Of a stretch of DNA of 64,000 nt, positions 18,614-29,894 are shown piece by piece. Numbering within the stretch: position 1 is the stretch's first letter; each line of letters opens with the position of its first letter. Position numbers and translations under genes: made by a program. The notes below the pieces were generated by a model. That model saw nothing but the letters and a program-made list of their open reading frames with translations, made no database searches and was not told where the DNA came from. Origin of the DNA: Dehalococcoidia bacterium (lineage in GTDB: Bacteria > Chloroflexota > Dehalococcoidia > Plut-88900); NCBI GenBank assembly GCA_965197645.1, contig OZ240219.1:1152001-1216000 (forward strand), read 5' to 3'.

Positions 18614-20395
18614 TTAGGTTTTCGCCCGAACCTCCTCAGCGATCATCTCCTTGACGGACTTCAAGGGGTTGGCCCCCAGGTCTTCGCCGCTGCGAAGCCG
18701 GACCGATAGGCTGTGGCTCTCCACCTCTTTGTCACCGACGACCAGCATGTAGGGCACCTTTTGCAGCTGGGCCTCGCGGATCTTGAGGTTCATTCGCTCC
18801 TTGCGTGCGTCCATCTCGGCCCGGATGCCGGCGGACCGCAGCTCCTCCACAGCCGTTCGGCAGAAATCGTGGTGCCTATCGGTTATGGGGATGACCACCG
18901 CTTGTACCGGGGCCAGCCAGGTGGGAAACGCTCCTCCATAGTGCTCTATGAGCACTCCCATGAACCGCTCCACTGAACCCAGCAGGGCGCGGTGGACCAT
19001 GAAGGGCCTGTGCTCCTGCCCGTCCTCGGCGATGAAGCCGAGATCGAACCGCTCCGGCAGGTTGAAATCGAACTGGACGGTGGTGCACTGCCACTTCCTG
19101 CCTATGGCATCCTGTATCTTGACGTCTATCTTCGGCCCGTAGAAGGCGCCGCCGCCTGCATCCAGCTGATAGCTGAGGCCCTTCTTGTCCAGCGTTGAGC
19201 GCAGGGCCTCCGTCGCCCGGTCCCAGTCCTCCGGCCTACCGACGTACTTCTCCGGCCTGTCCGCCAGGAAGATCTGATACTCGGTGAACCCAAAGGCGCC
19301 GAGCAAAGAAAAGGTCAGGTCCAGCACCCCTTCGACCTCATCCTCCAGCTGGTCCGGCCGGCAGAAGATGTGGGCATCGTCCTGGGTGAAGCCTCGCACC
19401 CGAAGCAGGCCGTGGAGGACGCCGCCCCGCTCGTAGCGGTAGACGGTCCCCAGCTCGCCGAGGCGGAGGGGAAGCTCCCGGTAGCTGCGCAGGGAGGACT
19501 TGTACATCAGGATGTGGAAGGGGCAGTTCATCGGCTTCAGGTAGTATTCCTGGCCGTCCAGATCGATGGGCGAGTACATGTTTTCGGAGTAGAAGTCCAG
19601 GTGGCCGCTGGTCTCCCACAATGTGCTCTTGCCGATGTGAGGGGAGTAAACCAGCGAGTACCCGGCCTTGTAGTGCTGCTCACGCCAGAAATCTTCCATT
19701 ACCGTCCGCACCTGCGAGCCCTTGGGGTGCCACAGTATCAGGCCCGCACCCAGCTCCTCGTGGATGGTGAAGAGGCCTAGCTCCCGTCCAAGCTTCCTAT
19801 GGTCGCGCTTGGAGGCCTCTTCGAGTCGGTGAAGATACTTGTCCAGGGCCTCCTGGGACTCAAACGCGGTGCCGTAGATGCGCTGCAGCATGGTACGGTG
19901 CTCGTCCCCTCGCCAGTATGCGCCGGCGACGCTCAAAAGCTTGAAGGCCGACACTTGTCCCGTGGACTCCACGTGGGGCCCCTGGCACAGGTCCATGAAA
20001 TCGCCGTGGGTGTAGGTGCCGAGCATTTCGTCCGGGATCTCCTCGATGATCTCCAGCTTGAAGGGCTGACGGCCGAACAGATCGGGGGCGTTGGAACGGT
20101 GGATGTCTTCCCTGACCATGGGGTGATCGGCGGCCATGGTCTTCGCCATCAGCTTCTCGATATCCTCCAGGTCTGCGTTGGTCAGGGAGCGAGGTAGCAG
20201 GAAGTCGTAGTAGAACCCATCGGCCGTGGGAGGGCCGATGGCCAGCTGGGCATCGGGAAACATGGACACAACGGCATCGGCCATGACGTGGGCCGCCGTG
20301 TGCCTGATCCTCCTTCGGAGGTGAGCGATGCCGTCGGGGTCTTCCGAGGAAGCCTCTTTCGCTATCTCCGTATCGGTCAGTATAGATTCAGCCAC
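18614..20395 (-). CDS. thrS: Threonine--tRNA ligase (short form lacking TGS domain)
   Basis: RHTAAHVMA, DLCQGPHV, RDHRKLG, KPMNCP, RVRGFTQDDAHIF. Confidence 0.97.
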   Translation of the reverse strand: MAESILTDTEIAKEASSEDPDGIAHLRRRIRHTAAHVMADAVVSMFPDAQLAIGPPTADGFYYDFLLPRSLTNADLEDIEKLMAKTMAADHPMVREDIHRSNAPDLFGRQPFKLEIIEEIPDEMLGTYTHGDFMDLCQGPHVESTGQVSAFKLLSVAGAYWRGDEHRTMLQRIYGTAFESQEALDKYLHRLEEASKRDHRKLGRELGLFTIHEELGAGLILWHPKGSQVRTVMEDFWREQHYKAGYSLVYSPHIGKSTLWETSGHLDFYSENMYSPIDLDGQEYYLKPMNCPFHILMYKSSLRSYRELPLRLGELGTVYRYERGGVLHGLLRVRGFTQDDAHIFCRPDQLEDEVEGVLDLTFSLLGAFGFTEYQIFLADRPEKYVGRPEDWDRATEALRSTLDKKGLSYQLDAGGGAFYGPKIDVKIQDAIGRKWQCTTVQFDFNLPERFDLGFIAEDGQEHRPFMVHRALLGSVERFMGVLIEHYGGAFPTWLAPVQAVVIPITDRHHDFCRTAVEELRSAGIRAEMDARKERMNLKIREAQLQKVPYMLVVGDKEVESHSLSVRLRSGEDLGANPLKSVKEMIAEEVRAKT

Positions 20396-20554
20396 CAGGT
20401 CTCCTACTTATGCTCTAGACGTTCAGACCTCCCCACATCGGTCCGGGGAGGTCCTCTACTTTCATCTCTCAGTTTGGCCAGCTAGTTTCGATACTCTATC
20501 TAGACCTCTCCATCTTTTCCGCCTTGTACCCGAGCGCCCGATAAGGCGGAGTTA

Positions 20555-20631
<77 letters not shown>

Positions 20632-20675
20632 CTGGCTCGTGGGACCAACGAATCGAGTCTAGCAAGGGCCAATAC

Positions 20676-21599
20676 CTAAGTCAAGGAGAAGACCTTCTTG
20701 GGCGCCCAGGGGCCTCGGGGGCCGGGAGAGGTGAGGATGGCCAGGAACTTGCCATCGCTGGAGTAGGCCCGCAACCTGTAGGGCTTCTCTGAGGGGGGAG
20801 CCGGCTTGTTATCCGTCATCTCGCTGGGAGGCACCATGACCGCCTGCCCCGATAGTACCGCCCGCTCCGCCCGCTGGTCCAGGATGGCGCTGTCCATACC
20901 CTGCAGCACGAAGTCGACGGGATATAGAAGCTCCTGCCAGGAGTCTCCCTCAACGGCCGCCGAGAACTCCTCGATGCCGACGGAGTCTCGAATGTCGAAG
21001 GGGCCGGTCCTCAGCCTGATCAAGCTCTGGAGATGGGCGCCGCAGCCCAGCGCTTCGCCGATATCGTGGGCCAGGGAGCGGATGTAGGCGCCCCGGCCAC
21101 ACTCCACTTCGATGGTGATTATCGGGTGTTCCCAACCGGTGAGCTCCAACCTGTAGATCATGGTGGAGCGCTTCTTTCGCTCGATCACCACGCCCTCTCG
21201 GGCCAGCTTGTAGAGCCTCTTGCCCTCGTGCTTGAGGGCGCTGTACATGGGGGGCTCCTGATCTATGGCGCCCCGAAAGGAGCCAAGAGTCTCTTCCAGC
21301 AGCTCCGGGGTGACCCCCGAGGGGTCTCGGGTGGCGACTACCTGGCCCTCGGCATCGTAGGTGTCGGTGGTGACCCCTAGAATGATGTCCGCCCTGTAGC
21401 TCTTATCGGCCTCGGCGAGGTACTCGGTGACTCGGGTGGCCTGCCCGATGCAGATGGGCAGCACGCCGGAGGCCAAGGGGTCCAGGGTACCGCCGTGCCC
21501 CACCTTCTTCTGGCGGGTAAGCTTCTTGACCAGGCGTACGATGTCGTAGGAGGTCTTGCCTGCGGGCTTGCAAAAATTGAGGCTGCCGTTGACGTTCAA
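20676..21599 (-). CDS. truB: tRNA pseudouridine(55) synthase
   Basis: KVGHGGTLDPLASGVL, PPMYSALK, YIRSLAHDIG. Confidence 0.95.
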   Translation of the reverse strand: MNVNGSLNFCKPAGKTSYDIVRLVKKLTRQKKVGHGGTLDPLASGVLPICIGQATRVTEYLAEADKSYRADIILGVTTDTYDAEGQVVATRDPSGVTPELLEETLGSFRGAIDQEPPMYSALKHEGKRLYKLAREGVVIERKKRSTMIYRLELTGWEHPIITIEVECGRGAYIRSLAHDIGEALGCGAHLQSLIRLRTGPFDIRDSVGIEEFSAAVEGDSWQELLYPVDFVLQGMDSAILDQRAERAVLSGQAVMVPPSEMTDNKPAPPSEKPYRLRAYSSDGKFLAILTSPGPRGPWAPKKVFSLT

Positions 21600-21970
21600 C
21601 GCGGCTCTGCTGCCTCGCCATCGTGGCTGACAGCGTCGGCCTGGTTCATCAGCTCCAGGACGTGGGCGCCCTGCTCCAGGGAATCGTCCCGCCGGAAAGA
21701 GAGCTGGGGAAGGTGGCGCATGGCCAATCGGGGGCCCAGATTACGGCGCAGGAAGTGCGAGGCGGCTTTCAGGCCCCGGAACACTTCGTCCTTCTCCTCC
21801 TCGGTCCCCATGACGCTCACGTAAACCCTGGCGTGGCCCAGATCGTTGCTCACCGAAACCCGGGTGATGCTGACCATGTGCTGCAGCCTCGGGTCCTGGA
21901 CCTTTCGCTGCAGAATCCGGCTCAGTTCGTCTCGTATCAGTTCGTTGATTCTTAGGACACGACGGGACAT
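21596..21970 (-). CDS. rbfA: Ribosome-binding factor A
   Basis: RINELIRDELSRIL..DPRL..SITRVSVSNDL; downstream of infB. Confidence 0.94.
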   Translation of the reverse strand: MSRRVLRINELIRDELSRILQRKVQDPRLQHMVSITRVSVSNDLGHARVYVSVMGTEEEKDEVFRGLKAASHFLRRNLGPRLAMRHLPQLSFRRDDSLEQGAHVLELMNQADAVSHDGEAAEPR

Positions 21971-22036
21971 GGCTGGAGCTCCGGGGTGAATTGGGTCGAG
22001 GAAAGATACCCGTTCCAGAGAAGGAGTATCTACTCG

Positions 22037-23881
22037 TTAGGCCAGAATCTTGACCTCTTCTCTACGGTACGCCTCTACGACGTCGCCGGGCTGGAAGTCC
22101 TGGAAACCCTCCACTCCGATACCGCCTTCGGTGCCCGGCGCCAGCTCCCTGACCGAGTCCTTGTAGTGCTGAAGGCTCTTGATGGTGGAATCGTGCAGGC
22201 GGGTGCCGTTGCGGATAACCCGGACGAGGGCGTTCCTGGCCAGGGTCCCCTCGGTTACGCCGATGCCGGCTACCCTGCCGCCCTTGACCTTGAAGATCTC
22301 TTTGACGACGGCCTGAGCTTCGACGACCTCCTTGTACTCGGGCTCGAGCAGTCCAAGAGCGGCCTGCTGCGCATCGTCTATCAGGTTGTATATCACATCG
22401 TAGAAACGGATGGGGACCCCTTCGATGTCCGCCAGTCTCCGGGCGCCCGTTTCACTTCTTGTATTGAATCCCATGATCATGGCATTGGAGGCGGAGGCGA
22501 GCATTACGTCGTTTTCACTGACCGCTCCGCTGCTGGTGCGAATTATCTTTATTCTGACCCGATCAGATGCCAGCTTCTCCAGGGCGCCGCGTATGGCCTC
22601 GGCGCTCCCTTCCACGTCGGTTTTGAGGATTACGTTGAGCTCCTTGGCCTCGCCGGAGGAGACCTGGGCCATCAGACGCTCCATGTTGCCGACGGGGGTC
22701 ACCTGGCGCGCATCGGCTCCTCGACGACGGCGGCGGCCTTTCTCGGCCTTTTTCCCTTCCTGGTCTACGATCAGCGGGTCACCGGCGTGGGGTACGGAGT
22801 CGATTCCCAAGACCTCCACGGGTATCGAAGGGCCTGCTTCCTTCAGCGGCTCGCCGTGGTCGTCGAACATCGCCCGGACCTTGCCCCACGTGTCTCCTAC
22901 AATGAAGGAATCGCCACTGTAAAGGGTACCTGTCTGCACCAGCACCGTGGCTATGGGGCCCTTGGTGGTGTCCAGCTTGGCCTCGATAACGACGCCCCGA
23001 GCGTGCTGGCTGGGGTCGGCCTTGAGCTCCGATATCTCGGCCACTAGGAGCAGGTTCTCCAGGAGGTCCGGGATGCCTTCCTGGGTCTGGGCAGAGACGG
23101 GTACCACGATGGTGTCGCCGCCCCACTCCTCGGGTACCATGCCCAGATCGGTCATCTGTTGCTTTACCCGGTCGGGGTTAGCCCCCTCCATATCTATCTT
23201 GTTTACGGCAACTACAATGGGCACCCCTGCCGCTTTGGCGTGATCTATGGCTTCGCGGGTCTGGGGCATGATCCCATCGTCGGCAGCGACCACCAGGATT
23301 GCGATGTCGGTAACCTGGGCTCCTCGGGCGCGCATTGCGGTGAAGGCCTCGTGGCCCGGGGTATCCAGGAATGTTATCTTCCGGTCCTCGATGTCCACCT
23401 GGTAGGCGCCGATGTGCTGGGTAATGCCGCCTTTTTCCGTGGCGGTTACAGAGGTCTCCCTTATAGAGTCCAGCAGGGTAGTCTTGCCGTGATCTACGTG
23501 ACCCAGGATGGTGACTACCGGGGCCCGGGTCTGGAGTTGGGCATGCTCCTCCGTTTCATCGATATCGGGTTTGACCGATCCGGACCGGGCTTCTTCCACC
23601 GGCTGGGGTTGGAGACCGAAGTCGGATGAGATGGCCGCAGCGGTCTCGTAGTTGATGATCTGGTTGATGTTCGCCATGACGCCACGGCGCATAAGCTGCT
23701 TGATCACGTTGATAGGGTTGGCGCGCATGGTGTCCGCCAACTGCTGGACGGACAGGGCTTGAGGCAACTTGATAATTGGGGCAGCGGGTCTGCGGGGTCG
23801 GGCAGGTTCCTGGGGGGCCCTGGTCGTGGGGGCCTCGCCGGCGCCTGCCTCTTGCTCCGCTATGTCTGTTTTTTCAGTCAT
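22037..23881 (-). CDS. infB: Translation initiation factor IF-2
   Basis: [38 protein letters not shown]. Confidence 0.97.
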   Translation of the reverse strand: MTEKTDIAEQEAGAGEAPTTRAPQEPARPRRPAAPIIKLPQALSVQQLADTMRANPINVIKQLMRRGVMANINQIINYETAAAISSDFGLQPQPVEEARSGSVKPDIDETEEHAQLQTRAPVVTILGHVDHGKTTLLDSIRETSVTATEKGGITQHIGAYQVDIEDRKITFLDTPGHEAFTAMRARGAQVTDIAILVVAADDGIMPQTREAIDHAKAAGVPIVVAVNKIDMEGANPDRVKQQMTDLGMVPEEWGGDTIVVPVSAQTQEGIPDLLENLLLVAEISELKADPSQHARGVVIEAKLDTTKGPIATVLVQTGTLYSGDSFIVGDTWGKVRAMFDDHGEPLKEAGPSIPVEVLGIDSVPHAGDPLIVDQEGKKAEKGRRRRRGADARQVTPVGNMERLMAQVSSGEAKELNVILKTDVEGSAEAIRGALEKLASDRVRIKIIRTSSGAVSENDVMLASASNAMIMGFNTRSETGARRLADIEGVPIRFYDVIYNLIDDAQQAALGLLEPEYKEVVEAQAVVKEIFKVKGGRVAGIGVTEGTLARNALVRVIRNGTRLHDSTIKSLQHYKDSVRELAPGTEGGIGVEGFQDFQPGDVVEAYRREEVKILA

Positions 23882-23971
23882 TGGCCTCCGATTGTGTCGC
23901 TAGCGACATAGTATAAGTACAGGGTTTACACGGTACTTAGCGGTTTCTTACATCCGCCCGGCGGGCCCGCT

Positions 23972-24334
23972 TTAGCCCTCAGAGCTCAGGCTACGAGTAT
24001 ATCTCCATAACTGTTCAACGTATTCCTCGCCGATTTGGACTCTGAGGGTACGATTCAGCCTACTCTTCTTGAGGCCTATCTCCCAACAGTCCCTTTTCCG
24101 GTGGAGATAAGCGCCCCGGCCGGACTTCTTTCCCGTTTCATCGACGATAACGGCACCCTCAGGAGTGCGTACTATGCGGACCAGGTCCCCCTTATCTCTC
24201 ACCTCGCCGCAGCCGACGCAGGACCTCTGGGGCCTCGATTTTCGCTTCTGTTCTCTACCCTGTACCTTAGTCACCACACTGGATGAGGCCGGTCTGGTTG
24301 TTCTAGTCCGGTCTGTCGTAGAAGGGCTTGGCAT
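23972..24334 (-). CDS. ylxR: YlxR/DUF448 family RNA-binding protein
   Basis: [22 protein letters not shown]; located between nusA and infB; exact start uncertain. Confidence 0.85.
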   Translation of the reverse strand: MPSPSTTDRTRTTRPASSSVVTKVQGREQKRKSRPQRSCVGCGEVRDKGDLVRIVRTPEGAVIVDETGKKSGRGAYLHRKRDCWEIGLKKSRLNRTLRVQIGEEYVEQLWRYTRSLSSEG

Positions 24335-25883
24335 TGGGACCGGCTCCCCGGTTACCGCCCATACGCCCCTCCACCTCGTGCCTTCCCCGCTTTCGCTTCT
24401 TTTTCCTGGACTTGGAATTGGATCTACCGGGGATGGCTATGTCCAGGTCCTCGGCAAACCTCAGGACCGAGTCCGTCTTTACGACCACCTCGGGGGCGGT
24501 GGGGAATATCTCCTCTATGGACCTGGTGGCCGGCGCCTCCTCGATGACGGACCTGACGGGCACCTCTTGCAGCTGCGGCGCCTGTTCCTCTGCGGCGATC
24601 AGCACCTCGATCGTTTCCGCCTCTTCGATAGCCGGCGTTTCGGCCGCTACCGCCGGTTCGGGGACTACCTCCTCTGCAGCAATCTCGGCTACGGGGGCCA
24701 GCTCTTCCGCTTCGGTTGGTATCTCTACCACTTCGGCCGGTGCAGCCACAGCCTCGACACCGGCTACGGCGGCTACCGGTTCTTCGATGGGCGTCGGGGC
24801 CTCTTCCTTAGCGGCGGCAGCCAGCACGGCTGCGGCTACCCGCTCCTCCTCAGCTTCGGCCGCGCCTTTGATATCGATGCGCCAGCCTGTAAGCTTGGCG
24901 GCGAGGCGTGCATTTTGTCCCTCTTTACCGATGGCCAGGGAGAGGTGCCGGTCGGACACCACCACCATGGCCTCGCCTTCCTCCTCGTTGACCTCCACTC
25001 GGGCTACCTGGGCCGGGCTCAGCGAGTTGGCGATGTATACGGCCGAATCTTTATCCCACTGCACCACGTCTATCTTCTCGCCGTGCAGCTCGTTGACGAT
25101 GTTCTGTATTCGAATTCCCCGCAGCCCAACGCACGAGCCGACGGGATCGACCCCTTCCTGTTTGGCCGCTACGGCCACCTTTGTCCGGTAACCCGCCTCC
25201 CGGGCGATGGAGCGGATCTCGACGGTGCCGTTGTAGATCTCGGGCACCTCGAGCTCAAAGAGGCGGCTGACCAGGCTTCGGTGACCTCGTGAGACCAGGA
25301 CCTGAGGTCCTTTGGGGCTGCGGTTCACCTCCACTATCAGCACCTTTAGGCGCTGGCCGGCCCGGTACCTCTCGGTGGGCACCATTTCAGAGGTCGGCAT
25401 GATAGCTTCGGTCTTGTCCAGGTCCAGGGTCACCTGCCGGGGGTCGGTGCGCTGGACGACTACGCTGACTATGTCCCCTTCTCGATCGGCGAACTCCTCG
25501 TAGACCAGCTCTCGTTCCGCCTCCCGCAGCCGCTGCATAACCACCTGTTTGGCGGTCTGAGCGGCGATCCGGCCTGCGAACTGGGCGGTGGTCTCTATCT
25601 CTACTACATCGCCGACTACGGCGCCCTTCTTGTACTCTTGCGCCTCCTTTGGGGTCATCTCCAGCTTGGAGTCCTCCACCTCATCCGCCACGGTCTTGAT
25701 CACAGCCACCCGGACCTCGCCGCTATTGGGAAGGATTTTGACTGAAAGATCCTGGCCAGCGGCTATGCTGTCCTTCTTATAGACCGAGACCAGGGCTGCT
25801 TCGATGGCCGAAATCACCACCTCCCTGGGTAGATTTCTTTCCGCCGCCAACTGCGTCACCGCGATCAGAAAATCGCTTTTCAT
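24303..25883 (-). CDS. nusA: Transcription termination factor NusA with acidic Ala/Glu/Pro-rich C-terminal extension
   Basis: [46 protein letters not shown]. Confidence 0.96.
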   Translation of the reverse strand: MKSDFLIAVTQLAAERNLPREVVISAIEAALVSVYKKDSIAAGQDLSVKILPNSGEVRVAVIKTVADEVEDSKLEMTPKEAQEYKKGAVVGDVVEIETTAQFAGRIAAQTAKQVVMQRLREAERELVYEEFADREGDIVSVVVQRTDPRQVTLDLDKTEAIMPTSEMVPTERYRAGQRLKVLIVEVNRSPKGPQVLVSRGHRSLVSRLFELEVPEIYNGTVEIRSIAREAGYRTKVAVAAKQEGVDPVGSCVGLRGIRIQNIVNELHGEKIDVVQWDKDSAVYIANSLSPAQVARVEVNEEEGEAMVVVSDRHLSLAIGKEGQNARLAAKLTGWRIDIKGAAEAEEERVAAAVLAAAAKEEAPTPIEEPVAAVAGVEAVAAPAEVVEIPTEAEELAPVAEIAAEEVVPEPAVAAETPAIEEAETIEVLIAAEEQAPQLQEVPVRSVIEEAPATRSIEEIFPTAPEVVVKTDSVLRFAEDLDIAIPGRSNSKSRKKKRKRGRHEVEGRMGGNRGAGPNAKPFYDRPD

Positions 25884-25933
25884 ACCGGTCTATACCCTCC
25901 TTATAGACCTGAGCCCATTCATCCCCTTATAGC

Positions 25934-25957
25934 AAAAAAGTGGGTGAACCCCACTTT
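25934..25957 (-). terminator. Leader hairpin/terminator upstream of nusA (rimP-nusA leader-like)
   Basis: AAAGTGGGGTTCACCCACTTTTTT located between the promoter and the nusA SD. Confidence 0.65.
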
Positions 25958-25984
25958 ACGACGGTCACTATTTGATTCGTAGGC

Positions 25985-26014
25985 ATTATATCAGAGGTGT
26001 TCCGCCGGTTGCAA
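25985..26014 (-). promoter_or_regulatory. sigma70 promoter of the nusA operon
   Basis: TTGCAA-N18-TATAAT with an extended TG. Confidence 0.65.
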
Positions 26015-26134
26015 GCCTGGGTACACCTTGAGGGAGGCGAGTTTCCGTCCAGTTCGGTGACGGACCGTGGGTCTCGACAAACGGTCTCAGTCCAAGTCTT
26101 AGCTGCCCCGGCGGACCGAAGCGGAGGGGGCCGC

Positions 26135-27388
26135 TTACGTTGTGGCGAGGGCCTCTGACATGACCGGATGGTCAATGTGGCGGGGTAGAAGGAGGGCGGC
26201 CACGGGCATGGTAACCGAGGCGATACAGGCGACGGTCAACGCCAGGCGCAGGTCACCAAAGGCCTGCTGCAGCGCTCCGGTAAGCACCGGTCCGATTATC
26301 GCTCCGCTCATCATGATGGACCGGATCAACGCGCTGGCTACTGCCACCTCTCGAGGCTTGATCCCCGGAAGCTCGAAGGGGATGGTAAAGATAATCGGGA
26401 AGATGGTCACGGACAACCCGTTGGCGATGGACAACATGGAGAGGTTGAAGAAGGAGCCTGTGTACAGCATTCCCGCGTAGCTGAGACCCATCAAGATCCC
26501 GGATATGAACAGGAGCGGTCTCTTCTTGCCCGTCCTGCTTACCAGAACGCCGACCGCGAGGGCAGCCGGCGCCATCACGAATCCTCCCAAAGCCCTCACG
26601 ACAGTCGATTTCGTCAGTGAGAGGCCGTAGGTGTCCAGCATGTAGCTGGGCCAGAAGGTGGACATCGAGGAGAAGGTGATGTCCAGACCGAGGACACCTA
26701 TCGCCAGTATCCACAGCTCCTTGTACCGGAAGATGCTGCGGACCGGGCTTCTCCCCTGGGAACGCATCTCCGAGGTGTACTCGCCGGTCGTCCGCTCCTT
26801 TCCCAGTACCTGCCACGTCAGGGTGATGAGCAGCGTTACTCCGGCGAACAGGTAGTAGGTAGCCCTCCAATTGTCATTGAAGGCACCCAGGATTACAGGG
26901 AACAGGATGAACAGGGCGCTCCCGAAACCCCACAGCAGCTCGATGGTGGCGTTGGCCATCACTATCTGCTTGGGGTCCATCCACTGCCTGATCAGCAGCG
27001 CTCTGGCCGGGTCCCGCGCAACGATGGTCAACCCGTAGAGGAACCTGCCGAGCAGCAAAGCCCCGAAGGCCGGGGCCCAGCCCTGGTACACCATCAAGAG
27101 GGTCGCGGCTATGTGAGTGGCCGTGGTGAGTCGTTTGGGGCTGAGCCGGGAGAGAAATACCCCGGAAGGGATAGCCAGTATCAGGTTGCCTATCTGAGGA
27201 GCGGCCCCCAGCCAGCCTTCCTGCCACGGAACAAGTCCCAGCTCCTCTCTCATGGCGGGAAGGAAGATCCCCAGGCTTTCGATCATCATGAAGCCCCACA
27301 TGTTGGCCGCCATCCAGGTGACCACCACAACCCATCGGTACCACGTGGGCTCCTGGGACTCGGGTGGGGAGCTCAAGGCTTCACTCAT
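26135..27388 (-). CDS. MFS transporter
   Basis: About 12 hydrophobic segments and MFS-like motifs (GVFLSRLSPK; GVLVSRTGKKR); start at ATG 27388 or GTG 27397. Confidence 0.85.
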   Translation of the reverse strand: MSEALSSPPESQEPTWYRWVVVVTWMAANMWGFMMIESLGIFLPAMREELGLVPWQEGWLGAAPQIGNLILAIPSGVFLSRLSPKRLTTATHIAATLLMVYQGWAPAFGALLLGRFLYGLTIVARDPARALLIRQWMDPKQIVMANATIELLWGFGSALFILFPVILGAFNDNWRATYYLFAGVTLLITLTWQVLGKERTTGEYTSEMRSQGRSPVRSIFRYKELWILAIGVLGLDITFSSMSTFWPSYMLDTYGLSLTKSTVVRALGGFVMAPAALAVGVLVSRTGKKRPLLFISGILMGLSYAGMLYTGSFFNLSMLSIANGLSVTIFPIIFTIPFELPGIKPREVAVASALIRSIMMSGAIIGPVLTGALQQAFGDLRLALTVACIASVTMPVAALLLPRHIDHPVMSEALATT

Positions 27389-27444
27389 GGTTGGCACGAT
27401 ACTACCGGCAGGGATATACTGTCCACACGTTAGCGAGGTGGAAC

Positions 27445-29781
27445 GTGACTGCAGCAGGCATCACCCGGGAAGACTTGAAATCGGCCCTGCCGGACGTGTC
27501 CAACGACATGTCCCTGAAGGGGATAGATGGACCGGTGGAGATACTGCGAGACCGGCTGGGGATACCCCACGTCCGAGCGGAGTCCACCCACGATGCGTTT
27601 TTCGGTCAGGGATACGCCACGGCCCAGGATAGGCTGTGGCACATGGAGTACGACCGGCGTCGTGCGGCCGGCCGGTGGGCCGAGTACGCGGGCCCGGAAG
27701 CGTTGGAGCAGGACCGGTTCATGCGCCGTTTCCGGCTGGCATTCAGCGCCAAGGCCGACTACGAGGTGATCAAGCCGGAGACCAGGGCCATGCTGCAGGC
27801 CTATTCCGACGGCGTCAACGCCTTCGTCGGCAGCACCGCCAACCTGCCCGCGGAGTATGGGATAGTGGAAGCGGAGCCCGAGCCATGGCATCCCTGTGAC
27901 TCTCTGGCCGTATTCAAAGTGCGGCACATCCTCATGGGCGTCTTCGAGGGGAAGATATGGCGGGCCAAGCTGGTGAACCAGCTGGGGGCGGAGAGGGCCG
28001 CCGAGCTGCTTTCCGGGTACGAAGTTGGACACCTGCTGACCGTTCCACCCGGAGGGCTCTACTCCGGTCCCGCTCCCAGCGGCTTGAAGGAGATGTTGGA
28101 GGGCGTGGAAGCCGTGTCTCCGTTTAAGAACACGGATGCGGGAAGCAACAACTGGGTCCTGGATGGCCGGCGCACGGCTTCGGGCAAACCGTTGCTGGCC
28201 GGCGACCCCCATAGGGGTCTCGATACTCCCAACGTCTACTATCAGAACCACGTCTCATGTCCCGAATTCGACGTCGTCGGCATGTCGTTTCCGGGGGTGC
28301 CCGGGTTCCCCCACTTCGGTCACAACGCCTGGGTGGCATGGTGCGTGACCCATGCCATGGCCGATTACCAGGACCTGTACATCGAGCGGTTCCAGGAGGG
28401 CGACCCGGCCCGGTACTTGGTCGATGAAGAGTATCAGCAGGCCGAGGTCCACAAAGAGACGATTGACGTGAAGGACGGGCAGTCCGAAGAGTTGGATGTG
28501 ACGGTGACCCGGCACGGGCCCGTCATTCTGGGAGACCCGTCGGCGGGACACGGGCTCGCCTTCAGGTACACCGCCACCGCCGAGCCGATAAACGCCGCAG
28601 ACGTGTTGTTGGAAATGCTGAAAGCCCAGTCTATCGAGGAGATGGACGAATCGATGCGGGACTGGGTCGATCCCTGTAACAATCTCCTGTTCGCCGACGT
28701 ACATGGGGGAATCCAGTACCTGACCCGGGGTAAAGTTCCGGTGCGCAGCTTCGCCAACGCCTGGCTCCCGGTGCCGGGCTGGACCGGAGAGCACGAGTGG
28801 CAGGGGATGGCGCCCTTCGAAGAGATGCCCCGGTCCCGCAACCCGGAGGACGGGTACATCATAACCGCCAACCACCGGATAGTGGATGAGGACTTCCCCT
28901 ACTACATCGGGCTGGACTACTACGCCGAGTTCAGGGCGCGGAGGATCAAGGAGAGACTCGGCGAGATCGAAAGCGCCACGGTCGATGACATGGCCGAAGT
29001 ACACTCGGACGACGTATCGATACCCGCTGCCGAGATCGCTGCGCTCCTGTCCAACTCCAGTCCGAAAACCGCCGATGCTCTGATCGCCAGGGATAAGCTG
29101 GTGAAGTGGGACGGGAGCATGCACAAGGACCGGATAGAGCCTACGCTGTTCAGCGCCTACCGGGACGCGCTGGTGGAGAAGGTAGCCGGATATACCATCG
29201 GGCCGCTGGCCGAAGAGGCCTTGAGCGGGGTGGGTCGAGGGGGCCCTCAGTGGCTGCACAACCTGGGCACCGTCATCCGGCGATACGCTCGAGAAGGAGA
29301 AAATGGCTTCCTGCCCAAAGGCCGTAGCTGGGGATCGGTCATGGCGGAGGCCCTGGAAGAGGCCACGGCGCGATTGCGGGATAGACTGGGCGACGACATG
29401 AGCTCCTGGACGTGGGGAAGCGTCCACACCACCCGTCCTCGGCACACCCTGTCTCCATACTTCCCAGAGGTGTCCGACCTGTTGGACCCGCCCGCGGTGA
29501 CCTTGAGCGGGGACGGAGACACACCGCTGGCCGGCAGCTACGACTTGTCGGACCCCTTCGTCATCTCCAGCACCTCGGTGTCGAGGTACGTGTTCGATCT
29601 GGCGGACTGGAACAACTGCAGGTGGATTGTGCCGCTGGGATCGTCGGGACATCCGGGGAGCGACCACTTCTCCGACCAGGCGGTGACCTGGAGCGAGGTC
29701 AAGCTGCTTCCCATGCTCTACGATTGGGAGCGCATAGAGGCCGAGGCGGAGTCCCGGCAGACGTTGAACCCGAGCAGCTAG
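27445..29781 (+). CDS. Penicillin acylase family Ntn-hydrolase (peptidase S45)
   Basis: RDRLGIPHV, GYATAQDRLW, GSNNW nucleophile, LAGDPH; start trimmed to the GTG at 27445 after GAGGTG. Confidence 0.9.
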   Translation: MTAAGITREDLKSALPDVSNDMSLKGIDGPVEILRDRLGIPHVRAESTHDAFFGQGYATAQDRLWHMEYDRRRAAGRWAEYAGPEALEQDRFMRRFRLAFSAKADYEVIKPETRAMLQAYSDGVNAFVGSTANLPAEYGIVEAEPEPWHPCDSLAVFKVRHILMGVFEGKIWRAKLVNQLGAERAAELLSGYEVGHLLTVPPGGLYSGPAPSGLKEMLEGVEAVSPFKNTDAGSNNWVLDGRRTASGKPLLAGDPHRGLDTPNVYYQNHVSCPEFDVVGMSFPGVPGFPHFGHNAWVAWCVTHAMADYQDLYIERFQEGDPARYLVDEEYQQAEVHKETIDVKDGQSEELDVTVTRHGPVILGDPSAGHGLAFRYTATAEPINAADVLLEMLKAQSIEEMDESMRDWVDPCNNLLFADVHGGIQYLTRGKVPVRSFANAWLPVPGWTGEHEWQGMAPFEEMPRSRNPEDGYIITANHRIVDEDFPYYIGLDYYAEFRARRIKERLGEIESATVDDMAEVHSDDVSIPAAEIAALLSNSSPKTADALIARDKLVKWDGSMHKDRIEPTLFSAYRDALVEKVAGYTIGPLAEEALSGVGRGGPQWLHNLGTVIRRYAREGENGFLPKGRSWGSVMAEALEEATARLRDRLGDDMSSWTWGSVHTTRPRHTLSPYFPEVSDLLDPPAVTLSGDGDTPLAGSYDLSDPFVISSTSVSRYVFDLADWNNCRWIVPLGSSGHPGSDHFSDQAVTWSEVKLLPMLYDWERIEAEAESRQTLNPSS

Positions 29782-29894
29782 CGGCTCGCTCTAGACCCGT
29801 GGCCGGGGGTACCCGTACAACCCATCGGTTCCCGGTTCGTACCAGGAAGCTAGCGCCCCCGCTTGGCGCAGGACTGAAGCAAAGGAAGAGACCG

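Noticed and set aside
20396-20554. T-box riboswitch upstream of thrS (also checked upstream of pheS)
   Set aside because: No T-box antiterminator consensus (GGTGGNACC) or stem I motifs visible
29412-29894. N-terminal extensions in the ORF track (P450 from 29412, dipeptidase from 34770, pheS from 17392, acylase from 27364)
   Set aside because: Most overlap neighbouring genes and all lack family similarity; downstream starts fit the families better
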